A stretch of 62,809 nucleotides of DNA, filler included. It is 6 parts of 6 records of this genome, joined end to end, with 100 filler letters (N's around TTAATTAATTAA, not from the genome) between each part and the next. Parts side by side here need not be neighbours in the genome. Positions count along the whole stretch, not along the records: positions 43,706 to 51,650 come from SRR9188677_217; positions 51,751 to 62,809 come from SRR9188677_221; 4 more parts are not named here. One strand, written 5' to 3'. Positions 48,128 to 56,558 of the stretch are shown here, in pieces (the first letter of the stretch is position 1; each line of letters begins with the position of its first letter). The notes under the pieces were generated by a model. It saw only the letters and a list, made by a program, of their open reading frames with translations. It was not told the DNA's origin and made no database searches. Both the position numbers and the translations under genes were made by a program.

Positions 48128-48171
48128 GCCGGCCAGCCGCCTGATAGAGCCAGCAGTCCCGAAAGCCCGCC

Positions 48172-49041
48172 ATGAACAAGCAGAACGCCGAACATGTCTT
48201 CCTCGACTACGATCAGCAACGGCTCGACCTGAACTACAACCAGAGCGCCTGGGCGGCCAACGCCAGCGAGATCATTGCCTGGTATCGTGCGGCGAGCCTG
48301 GCCGCGCATCAGCGACTGGGGTGCAGGAGCCTCACTTACGGCTGCGGCGGGTCCGACCGGATCGACCTGTTTTGTGCCAATGAGCCGGGCGCCCCGCTGG
48401 TGGTCTATGTCCATGGCGGCGCATGGCGAACGCTCGACCGCCTCGACAGCGCCTTCGCCGCCGAGGCTTTCGTGGCCGCCGGGGTGAATTTCGCGGTGCT
48501 CGACTTCGCCAGCATTCCCGACGCGCGCCTGCCCGATATGGTGCGGCAGGTTCAGCGCGGTATCGGCTGGCTGTCGGATCACGCGGCCGAGCTTGGCTGT
48601 GATGCCAGGGAATTGCTGGCTATCGGTCATTCGTCTGGTGCGCATCTCGTCGCATCTGCCCTGACTGCCGAGACGGAAAGCCAGATTGCGCCCGGCGTGG
48701 TGAAAGCCGCGATGTGTGCCAGCGGGACCTATGATCTGGAAGGGGCGATGCTGAGCGCGCGCGGGGCCTATTTGAAGCTGAGCAATGAGGAAGTGCACAT
48801 GTTCAGCCCGATGCGCCATATCAAGCGTATCAGCTGCCCGCTTGCCGTCGCCTATGGCGAGGCCGAAACTGACGAATACCGCCGGCAAGCGAGAGCGCTG
48901 CACGCCGGCCTGGTCGAAGCCGGTAAGCCAAGTGATTTGTTCCTCGTCCAGGGCCAGAACCATTTCGAGGTCAGTCAAACATTGGCTGATCCGGACGGCA
49001 TACTCTTTCGCGGGGCGATGAAGCTGCTGTCCAATCTCTGA
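48172..49041 (+). CDS. Alpha/beta hydrolase, arylformamidase (kynurenine formamidase)-like
   Basis: VHGGAW oxyanion motif, GHSSG nucleophile, SGTYDL and NHF. Confidence 0.8.
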   Translation: MNKQNAEHVFLDYDQQRLDLNYNQSAWAANASEIIAWYRAASLAAHQRLGCRSLTYGCGGSDRIDLFCANEPGAPLVVYVHGGAWRTLDRLDSAFAAEAFVAAGVNFAVLDFASIPDARLPDMVRQVQRGIGWLSDHAAELGCDARELLAIGHSSGAHLVASALTAETESQIAPGVVKAAMCASGTYDLEGAMLSARGAYLKLSNEEVHMFSPMRHIKRISCPLAVAYGEAETDEYRRQARALHAGLVEAGKPSDLFLVQGQNHFEVSQTLADPDGILFRGAMKLLSNL

Positions 49042-49153
49042 CGCTCGGGTGCAGCCGCATAATGGCGAACGCCGTTCCGGCTTCGTCATGTCATGCAACC
49101 TTGCATCACAGCCCAAACGACTGGTGATGCCCGAGCGCGACGTGCCCGTGCCA

Positions 49154-49204
49154 TTGACAATGCGTCCTTAAGATTCAAACATACGTTTGAAACAAGCATT
49201 TCAA
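49154..49204 (+). promoter_or_regulatory. Promoter with PsrA-like TetR operators
   Basis: TTGACA at 49154-49159. TTCAAAC-ATAC-GTTTGAA (49174-49191) overlaps TTGAAA-N6-TTTCAA (49187-49204). Confidence 0.75.
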
Positions 49205-49254
49205 ATGGGTGTTCACCTTGGCTTGGCTGGGTGGCGCGAGCGCTGGAGGCTGTC

Positions 49255-50175
49255 GTGCATAAAAAACCAGATGGGTCGTTCGTGGCGCTGATCACGCCGA
49301 TGAACGCCGACGGCTCGGTGGATCTGGCAGGTTTTGGCAGCCTGCTCGATTTTCACCGGCAAAACCACACAAAGGCGATCCTGATCATGGGTTCGACGGG
49401 GGAGGTCTCGATGCTGACCCCCGAAGAGCGGCGCATGATCATTACCGAAACGGCAAAGATGCCGCGCGGCGACATGCTCCTCTACTTCGGCTGCACCGGC
49501 ACCAACACCCAGGGCACGATCGATTTGGTGCGCTATGCCAAGAACGAAGGCGGTGACGGCGCCATCATTGCAGCACCTTCCTACATCTGCGCCGACAATG
49601 AATCGATCGTCGAGTATGTTCTGCAAGTCTGCGATGCGGTCGACTTCCCGATCGGCTTCTACAACAATCCACCGCGCGTCAAGACCGACCTGCATTGGAC
49701 CGACATCCAGCGCATTTCTGCCCATCCGAACCTAGTCGTGCTCAAGGAATCGACCACGCGCGTCGGCCAGGTGGCCCAGGTCTGCCGTGCCGATCTCGAC
49801 ATCTCGGTCATGTGCTGCTGCTCGCCGAATCTCGGCCTGGTGATCCCGACCATGGCGCTGGGCGGCCATGGCACCGCGAACATGACTGGCAACATCATCC
49901 CGCGCGAGATGGCGGTCATCTCCAAGCCATGGGAAGCAGGCGAAGACGCATTCGCCTGCCGCTCGGCCTGGCTGCGGAACTTGCCGATGCTGCATTTCGC
50001 CTATGCGGCCGTTAATCCCGTTTCGATGAAGTCGCTGATGGCAGCGGTCGGCCTGCCGGCGGGACCGCTGCGCAAACCGCTCCGGGCCGCTGACCCCAGC
50101 TTGCTTGAAGACGGCATCCGTATCGTCCGCGAACTCGAACTCGACAGGGCCTACGGCTACCGGGTGGCGCGCTGA
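49255..50175 (+). CDS. DapA/DHDPS-NAL family class I aldolase-like protein
   Basis: ALITP, GSTGE, YNNP and Schiff-base LKES; GTG start after GGAGG. Confidence 0.87.
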   Translation: MHKKPDGSFVALITPMNADGSVDLAGFGSLLDFHRQNHTKAILIMGSTGEVSMLTPEERRMIITETAKMPRGDMLLYFGCTGTNTQGTIDLVRYAKNEGGDGAIIAAPSYICADNESIVEYVLQVCDAVDFPIGFYNNPPRVKTDLHWTDIQRISAHPNLVVLKESTTRVGQVAQVCRADLDISVMCCCSPNLGLVIPTMALGGHGTANMTGNIIPREMAVISKPWEAGEDAFACRSAWLRNLPMLHFAYAAVNPVSMKSLMAAVGLPAGPLRKPLRAADPSLLEDGIRIVRELELDRAYGYRVAR

Positions 50176-50304
50176 TTGGTGGCCACGGCTCCGTATTTTC
50201 AGACCGAAACGCGGCACCGGATGGCCGAGGCTCCGCTGGTACATATCCTCAGATTTGACGCCGATGAGAGCAGCACGCGAACCCGCTTTCGGCTATGAGG
50301 TGGT

Positions 50305-50964
50305 ATGGACGCAGCTGAAGAAAGAACCGGCCGGCACGACGATCGCGACACGCGTCGTGCATTGCTGCATGCGGCGACCTTCGTGTTCGCCGATCGCGGG
50401 TTCGATGCGGCCACGCTGCGGGAAGTCACCCGGGCGGCGGGCGCGAACATTGCGGCGGTCAATTATCACTTCCGCTCCAAAGACGAATTGCTGCGCCTGA
50501 CGCTCGAGCAATGCCTCGGCCCGCTAAACGCGGCGCGCCTGGGGGCAATGAAGGCATGTGAAGACGACCCGCAGCCAACCCTGCGCACCGTGCTCCGCGC
50601 GATCGTCGCTCCGCTTGTCGAGCTCAGCCTCGACGAGCGCGGGGGGCGCGCGGCGATCCGACTGATGCTGCAAACCAAGGCTTTGCCTCGAACCCTGACC
50701 AATGAAATCTTCGCCGAGCAGTTCGACGAACTCCATCGCTTATCCCGACGAATGCTGCAGCGGGTGGCGCCCGGGCTCGGTGAGGCGCAGATCGCGCTGC
50801 GCTATGAATACATTCGCGGCGCCATCTTGCACATCGTTGCTGACCTCGATCCGAATGCCCGTCGCATGCCCGGGCTCGAGGCTATCCAGGATCACGTCAG
50901 CAACAGCGCCCTGATAGACGACATCATCAGCTTCTGTGAGACCGGCTTTTCCAGGAGCGACTGA
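50305..50964 (+). CDS. TetR family regulator (PsrA-like)
   Basis: ANIAAVNYHFRSKDEL HTH. Confidence 0.88.
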   Translation: MDAAEERTGRHDDRDTRRALLHAATFVFADRGFDAATLREVTRAAGANIAAVNYHFRSKDELLRLTLEQCLGPLNAARLGAMKACEDDPQPTLRTVLRAIVAPLVELSLDERGGRAAIRLMLQTKALPRTLTNEIFAEQFDELHRLSRRMLQRVAPGLGEAQIALRYEYIRGAILHIVADLDPNARRMPGLEAIQDHVSNSALIDDIISFCETGFSRSD

Positions 50965-51106
50965 TCTGATCAGCCGCATGACAAGAGAACGGGTTACGCG
51001 TGCCGCGCTGGTGCTCGCATGCAAAGGGTCTGACTAATCTTCTCGCATACTGAGATGGCGAGGTCTGAAATGCGCGCCCAACAGCTGATTTGCATGCTGC
51101 GGAGGA

Positions 51107-51649
51107 TCAGCTTTTGCGCAGGTGAGGTGGATAGGCGACATCCCGCCGAAGGGCACTCGGCGGGGTCGCATTGAACCGTCCCCAGGCGCGACGCAACTGC
51201 CGGCTCGAGCTGTAGCCGACGCGCTCTGCCACCCGCTCCATGTCGAGCCTCGTCTCGTTCAGAAGCTGCTGGGCCAGTGCGACGCGCAGCCGGTTGAGAT
51301 AACTGGGGATACTCATGCCGGTTTGATCATTGAACAGTCGGCTGAGGTGCCTGGGGCTGGTTATGGCAATGTCAGCCAATGCTGTAAGCGACCACTCTCG
51401 CGCCGGATCGGCCGTTATTGCATCTTGTACCCGATGGATGGCCGCGTGGATGTGGTTTCTGCCTTCCAGCCATGGCGAAAGCTGTGGGTCAGTTCCGAGG
51501 CGGCGGAAATAGACGACGAGCGACTTTGCCACGGCGGCGGAGACGGCCGGGTTGGTGAGCCGGCCGATGATATGCAGCATCAGATCGATACCGGCGGTGA
51601 TGCCGGCGCTGGTATAGCGTTCGCCATCCTCGACATAGAGCCGGTTCTC
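51107..51649 (-). CDS. GlxA-family AraC regulator, 5'-truncated
   Basis: TSAGITAGIDL DJ-1 motif, SPRHLSRLF and ERVAERVGY..LRRA HTHs. Confidence 0.88.
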   Translation of the reverse strand, partial: ENRLYVEDGERYTSAGITAGIDLMLHIIGRLTNPAVSAAVAKSLVVYFRRLGTDPQLSPWLEGRNHIHAAIHRVQDAITADPAREWSLTALADIAITSPRHLSRLFNDQTGMSIPSYLNRLRVALAQQLLNETRLDMERVAERVGYSSSRQLRRAWGRFNATPPSALRRDVAYPPHLRKS

Positions 51650-51650
51650 C

Positions 51651-51750
51651 NNNNNNNNNNNNNNNNNNNNNNNNNNNNNNNNNNNNNNNNNNNNTTAATT
51701 AATTAANNNNNNNNNNNNNNNNNNNNNNNNNNNNNNNNNNNNNNNNNNNN
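51651..51750. other. Artificial contig spacer
   Basis: N run with TTAATTAATTAA. Confidence 0.99.
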
Positions 51751-51759
51751 CAGCCAAAA

Positions 51760-51779
51760 GCTGACGGGTTTTTTGCGTT
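51760..51779 (+). repeat. Direct repeat copy 1 (pairs with 55326-55345)
   Basis: GCTGACGGGTTTTTTGCGTT versus GCTGACGGGTTTTTCGCGTT, 19 of 20 identical. Confidence 0.7.
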
Positions 51780-51858
51780 CTAATCCGGAAAATCCGCGCC
51801 ACCGAACGACGCCGCCGCCTCCGAAAACACGTTAAGACCTATCATCCGAAGATACGGC

Positions 51859-52812
51859 TCAACCGCAGGCCCAGTCGAATTTCATCGCCTGGAAATCCAG
51901 CTGGGCGATGCCCCCGCCGAAATTGAAGCCCCCGAACGCTTCGTCGAATTCGACATAATGGGCGCTGAAGCCGAAGGGAATACCTTGGGCCGGGCGCATG
52001 GTCCCGCCGATATGGCGCTCGCCATGGCCCTGTGCCCAGTCATGCTGCCTGAAATTGGCGGCCTCGATCTTGCCGTCCTGCCAGTAGTAATAGGTCGTGT
52101 AACCGTTTTCGGCGGCCGCCGCGCCATAGGCTTCCCGCGGCGCCTTGCCGGCATTCGGGTCGCTCGCCCGCGGTGACCAGCGAATGCCCCTGTTGAAGGC
52201 GAGATCCCGTGGCGGGACACCGCCGAGAGCCTTGTAGAGGTGATATTGCTCGACCGGAGTTCCGGATGATGGGAAATAGTTGTCGTCCCAATAGGCCCGG
52301 GCTGTTCCGAGTTCAAGCCAAAGCGGCCGGCGAGAAGCGTGCAATTGCGCGGGATAGCCATGCTGCGGCGGCGGACAGAGCCTGCCGTCGAACTCCGCCT
52401 GGGTGAGAAGGATGACGGCGTATTCGCGGTCGAGAACATCGGTCATCCGAAACAGCCGCGGATGAGCCGAGCGCTCGGCCTGCCACAACCGGCGCAAGAG
52501 CGGATCGGATGGCGGCCCGGCCGCGCGCAGCGCGGAGGCGACCGGCTCATTCACCGTCAGGCCGCCGTCGTGATGGTCGTTGGAGATGCCGAAGAAGCTC
52601 AGGGCCACGATGTCGGGTCCATGGCAGCGATAGTCGCCCGGCAACAGCAAGGTGAAGGCGTGGCGAAGCGGAAAGCCGTTGAAGCGGTCGAGCGGCCATT
52701 GCTCCGGCGTGAGGCCCGGCGGCAGTCCGAAACACCAGCCTTTCCCTCGCTCGCCGACCTCGGGAACCGATATCGGGAGCATTTCCAGATCGTAGGCCTT
52801 GGCCGGCGTCAT
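51859..52812 (-). CDS. Hypothetical protein, distantly YwqG/DUF1963-like
   Basis: 317 aa from MTPAKAY (CAGGAG RBS). GLP..WP..G.PL N-terminus and HIGG..Q..FNFGGG.AQLD..FDWAC C-terminus. Confidence 0.65.
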   Translation of the reverse strand: MTPAKAYDLEMLPISVPEVGERGKGWCFGLPPGLTPEQWPLDRFNGFPLRHAFTLLLPGDYRCHGPDIVALSFFGISNDHHDGGLTVNEPVASALRAAGPPSDPLLRRLWQAERSAHPRLFRMTDVLDREYAVILLTQAEFDGRLCPPPQHGYPAQLHASRRPLWLELGTARAYWDDNYFPSSGTPVEQYHLYKALGGVPPRDLAFNRGIRWSPRASDPNAGKAPREAYGAAAAENGYTTYYYWQDGKIEAANFRQHDWAQGHGERHIGGTMRPAQGIPFGFSAHYVEFDEAFGGFNFGGGIAQLDFQAMKFDWACG

Positions 52813-53146
52813 GCGCAGAAGTCTCCTGATCCGCGACGGATGGCCCAACAATAACCGCTCAAGCTGCAAGAGCCAGGAGCTCGCGCCAGGCGGAGGCCGC
52901 CCCGCGAGCGCGACGGCCACGACACCACGTTCGGGTGATCCTTGACCGCGAGGCGAAACGGTCGCCTGGCGCCCCGTGCGGTCGGCTTTTCGACGGGTGC
53001 GGGCTCTGCGCGGGCCAGGGGCGGGCCCGCCGATGGACGTAGCACGGCAGGCGGCGCCGGACGCCCTCACATCGGCGCGGCGGAGGCGGGCACCAGACGC
53101 AATGTTCCATAAGGTCGACGCGGCTCGGTCAAAGCCCGGCGCGAGA

Positions 53147-53485
53147 TCAGATGACCTCGGCCGGCAGCGCCTCCCGCCAATGCGCCAAGCGTTCCTTCAG
53201 GATGGCACTCCTGACATAGGCGGAGTCCTCGTCCTCCAAGGTCTCGACGATTTCCAGGGCGAAACTCTCGGGGCCGTGATCCTGCCAGGCCTTTTGAAGG
53301 CCCCGATGCGGGTGGCTGCCGAACCGCAGGGTGAACCAGGCGCGGTTCTGCACGCTGCCGAGATTGGGGCTTTGGCCAACCCAGACCTGGCCGGAGGCAT
53401 GGCACCGGATCAGGTAGATGCCGGCAAGGCTCTTGCGCTCCTTATAGGCGGCGATCGCCGCCTTTCTCTCTTCACCGCGCATCAC
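53147..53485 (-). CDS. Small stand-alone GIY-YIG family protein
   Basis: AGIYLIR..VWVGQS.NL..NR..LQKAW..G.ESF.LEIVE; AAGGAG RBS. Confidence 0.82.
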   Translation of the reverse strand: MMRGEERKAAIAAYKERKSLAGIYLIRCHASGQVWVGQSPNLGSVQNRAWFTLRFGSHPHRGLQKAWQDHGPESFALEIVETLEDEDSAYVRSAILKERLAHWREALPAEVI

Positions 53486-53544
53486 GGCATCGCTCCTTCG
53501 CAGCTCGACTTGTCGCGAGGTTAAATAACGGGCACCGGCCGTGC

Positions 53545-53599
53545 GGTCAAATTATTATCCGGGTGATATTGACTGGATCGAATTATAGCCGGATATAAA
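53545..53599. promoter_or_regulatory. Divergent promoters with two related palindromes
   Basis: TATTATCCGGGTGATA (53553-53568) and TTATAGCCGGATATAA (53583-53598). Plus-strand TTGACT at 53569; minus-strand TTGACC at 53545-53550. Confidence 0.7.
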
Positions 53600-53629
53600 A
53601 GCCTCATTGACCTCCGTGGATCCGACACC

Positions 53630-54283
53630 GTGACCGAGCATCTCGCCAAGCCCTGCACCGCCTTCGAAGGCAGCCGATTGCTGCTGGCGGGGCCCTTGGT
53701 CGAGGTGGTGTTGGCGGTCAAGCGGGCGACCGAGCGCGGGACCCAGGAGCCTTTGCTGGTCTTCGACGACGCGACGGGCCGCACCATGGACTTCGACCTG
53801 CGCGGCACGACGGCCGATGTCATCGCCCGCTTGTCACAGGCCACACCGTCGTCGCCTGGGCAGGCGGCGTCGCAACGGCCGGCCACCGCGTCGCCGGCCG
53901 CGGCATCAACAGGCGAGGCGCGGGGTCGGGGGCGGCCAAAGCTCGGCGTGGTCGGGCGCGAGGTGACCTTGCTGCCGCGGCAATGGGAGTGGCTGGCGAG
54001 CCAGCCTGGCGGAGCGTCGGTGGCGCTGCGAAAGCTGGTCGACGAGGCGAGGCGCACCGGTGGCGCAGCGCAGAAGGCGCGGGCCGCACAGGAGGCGGCC
54101 TATCACCTCATGTCGACCATGGCGGGCAATCTCCCCGGATTCGAAGAGGCGGCGCGGGCTTTGTTCGCCCATGAGCGCGACCGCTTCGAACAGCACATGT
54201 CCGGCTGGCCCGACGATATCCGCGCCTGCATCCTGCGGCTGGCCTTTGGCGAGGCGACCGCGGACAGGCAATCATCATCATAG
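53630..54283 (+). CDS. DUF2239 family protein
   Basis: FDDATGR..D.DLRG, RGRGRPKLGVV.REVTLLPR.WEWL..QPGGAS.ALRKLV and AGNLPGFEEA.RALFA signature. Confidence 0.87.
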   Translation: MTEHLAKPCTAFEGSRLLLAGPLVEVVLAVKRATERGTQEPLLVFDDATGRTMDFDLRGTTADVIARLSQATPSSPGQAASQRPATASPAAASTGEARGRGRPKLGVVGREVTLLPRQWEWLASQPGGASVALRKLVDEARRTGGAAQKARAAQEAAYHLMSTMAGNLPGFEEAARALFAHERDRFEQHMSGWPDDIRACILRLAFGEATADRQSSS

Positions 54284-54356
54284 AGCGGCGCCTTGGGCGA
54301 CGGCGAGCGAATGGCATCGCCGCCCGGTGATCCGTCTTGAAGCAGGAGCAAATAGC

Positions 54357-55259
54357 ATGGCCAGGATCGTGGTGGGTGGCATCGCCATCGAATATGACAG
54401 CTTCGGGCGCGAAGACGCCGAGGCCATGCTGCTGATCTCCGGGCTCGGCGTGCAGATGATCCGCTGGGCCGCGCCGTTCTGCGAGGCCCTTGCCGCGCGG
54501 GGCTATCGCGTCATCCGCTTCGACAATCGCGATGCCGGCCTCTCGACGCATATGGCGCGCGCGCCGGTGCCCGAACTGATGGTGGTCGCCCGGGCCGTGG
54601 CGCGGGGCGTGCCGCCGGACGTACCCTATCGGCTCGACGACATGGCGGCCGACGCGGTCGGACTTCTCGACGCGCTCGGCATCGAACGGGCCCATGTGAT
54701 CGGCCGCTCGATGGGCGGCATGATCGCGCAACTGATGGCGAGCGAGCATCCCGATCGCGTGATGTCGCTGACCTCGATCATGTCGAGCACAGGCAATCCC
54801 GGCCTGCCGCCGGCCATGCCCGAGGCCATGGCGGCGCTGACCCGGCCCGCACCGGATCCCCGGCAGGACGAAGAGGGCTTTCTGGCAAACGCCATGGGTC
54901 TCGCACGGGTGATCGGGAGCCCGGGCTATCCATTCGACGAAGCGGCACAGCGCGCCCAGGCGCTGGCGGAGCTTCGCCGCGCCTATGACCCGGCCGGCTT
55001 CGGGCGGCAGCTCGCGGCGATCGCCGCGGCCGGGGACCGGCGTGGACGGTTGACCAAGATCGTCGCGCCGACCCTGGTCGTGCATGGCGCGGTCGACAAG
55101 CTGGTGCCGGTCGCGGCGGGCCGCGACACTGCCGCCCATATCAAGGGAGCCGAATTGAAGGTGATCGAAGGCATGGGGCACGACCTGCCGCCGGAGCTCT
55201 ATGAGACCGTCATCTCCGCCATCGTGGACAATGCCCGGCGCGACGGCCCACCCGCCTGA
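54357..55259 (+). CDS. Alpha/beta hydrolase (esterase-like)
   Basis: RFDNRDAGLS, GRSMGG, HGAVD and GMGHDL motifs; CAGGAG RBS. Confidence 0.9.
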   Translation: MARIVVGGIAIEYDSFGREDAEAMLLISGLGVQMIRWAAPFCEALAARGYRVIRFDNRDAGLSTHMARAPVPELMVVARAVARGVPPDVPYRLDDMAADAVGLLDALGIERAHVIGRSMGGMIAQLMASEHPDRVMSLTSIMSSTGNPGLPPAMPEAMAALTRPAPDPRQDEEGFLANAMGLARVIGSPGYPFDEAAQRAQALAELRRAYDPAGFGRQLAAIAAAGDRRGRLTKIVAPTLVVHGAVDKLVPVAAGRDTAAHIKGAELKVIEGMGHDLPPELYETVISAIVDNARRDGPPA

Positions 55260-55309
55260 GGCGAGGGCCTGACGGTTGCGCGTGCCCCGGCACCCCTGAT
55301 CCGATCGAG

Positions 55310-55345
55310 AACCCGTCAGTGCAGTGCTGACGGGTTTTTCGCGTT
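55310..55345 (+). terminator. Intrinsic terminator containing direct repeat copy 2
   Basis: AACCCGTCAGT-GCAGT-GCTGACGGGTT followed by TTTC. Confidence 0.75.
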
Positions 55346-55381
55346 GGGCTATGCCGTAGCCGTCCATGAGACGGGAATGGG

Positions 55382-55939
55382 ATGGCCAGCATGTTTGCGA
55401 TCGAAACGCCAAGGCTGGTCCTGCGGCCCTGGAAAGGCACCGATCGGGTGCCCTTCGCGGCGATCAATGCCGATCCCGTGGTGCGCCGCTATTATTACCC
55501 GAGCCTGCTTTCCACCGCGGAAAGCGACGCGCTGGTCGATACGGCAATGGCCGAGTTCGGCGCCGAGGGGTTTGGTTTCCTGGCGGTCGAACGCAAATCC
55601 GACGGCGTGCTGATCGGCGGCGCCGGCCTGTCCAGGCCTGGCCCCGAGATTCCCGGCGGTGGCGACCAGGTCGAGATCGGCTGGATCCTCGGGCAGGCCT
55701 ATTGGCGGCAGGGGTATGCGACGGAGGCAAGCCGCGGCTGGCTCGACGCCGCCTGGCTGAGGTTCGGGCTCGACGCCGTCATCGGCTATACCTCGGCGAT
55801 CAACATGCCGTCGCGGCGCGCCATGGAGCGTATCGGCATGCGCCAGCTTGCCGGCGCCGATTTCGACGACATCACGGTTCCCGCCGGCCATGTGCTGCGC
55901 CCGCATGTGCTCTATCGTCTCGACCGGCCGGCCGGCTGA
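55382..55939 (+). CDS. GNAT acetyltransferase (RimJ/RimL-like)
   Basis: ETPRLVLRPW, EIGW..WRQGYATEA and N.PSRRAMERIGM motifs. Confidence 0.9.
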   Translation: MASMFAIETPRLVLRPWKGTDRVPFAAINADPVVRRYYYPSLLSTAESDALVDTAMAEFGAEGFGFLAVERKSDGVLIGGAGLSRPGPEIPGGGDQVEIGWILGQAYWRQGYATEASRGWLDAAWLRFGLDAVIGYTSAINMPSRRAMERIGMRQLAGADFDDITVPAGHVLRPHVLYRLDRPAG

Positions 55940-56006
55940 TGTCGCGACATCCGATCCGGCAAGGGTCTGTCCGGTGGGCGAGATCGACGATGCGGAGGGC
56001 GTGCGG

Positions 56007-56507
56007 ATGATCGGGATCAGAGCAGCGGAAACGGGCGAGGCCAGCGCCATCGCCCAACTCGTGGTCGACAGCTATGCCGAATTCCAGGACAGGCTGACGG
56101 CCGGGAACTGGGCCATCATGCAAACCAATCTGCGCCGTGCCGTGCTGGATCCGGGCCGGGGCCAGCCCCTGGTCGCCACGGTGGATGGCGCCTTGGGCGG
56201 CTTCATCCTGTATTTTCCGCCGGGCCGGTCCGATGGCGTGCTTTTTCCCGAGGCATGGGCTTCGATCCGGCTGCTCGGCGTCGCGCCGGCGATGCGCGGC
56301 CACGGCCTCGGCAAGGCGCTCGTCGAGGAATGCCTGCGGCGGGCGCGGGCGGAGGGAGCGCAAACCTTCGGCCTGCATACCAGCGAGCTGATGAAGACCG
56401 CGCGCGCCATGTATGAGCGCATGGGGTTCACCGTGGTGCGCGAACTCGAGCCGCGCCTCGGCGTCAGATATTGGCTGTTCCAGCTCGGTCTCGCGCGCGC
56501 CGACTGA
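56007..56507 (+). CDS. GNAT acetyltransferase
   Basis: LGVAPAMRGHGLGKAL and ARAMYERMGF motifs. Confidence 0.87.
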   Translation: MIGIRAAETGEASAIAQLVVDSYAEFQDRLTAGNWAIMQTNLRRAVLDPGRGQPLVATVDGALGGFILYFPPGRSDGVLFPEAWASIRLLGVAPAMRGHGLGKALVEECLRRARAEGAQTFGLHTSELMKTARAMYERMGFTVVRELEPRLGVRYWLFQLGLARAD

Positions 56508-56558
56508 CGGCCGCTTCCGCCGTCATGTGCAGGCAATGTCGGCGGGCGATCGGGGGAC

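Noticed and set aside
49255-50175. Calling this gene dapA
   Set aside because: The SGDD region is divergent and the context is a regulated catabolic cluster, so it was left as a family-level call.
53147-53485. GIY-YIG as a homing endonuclease or intron marker
   Set aside because: Only 112 aa, with no DNA-binding extension, no interrupted host gene and no intron features.
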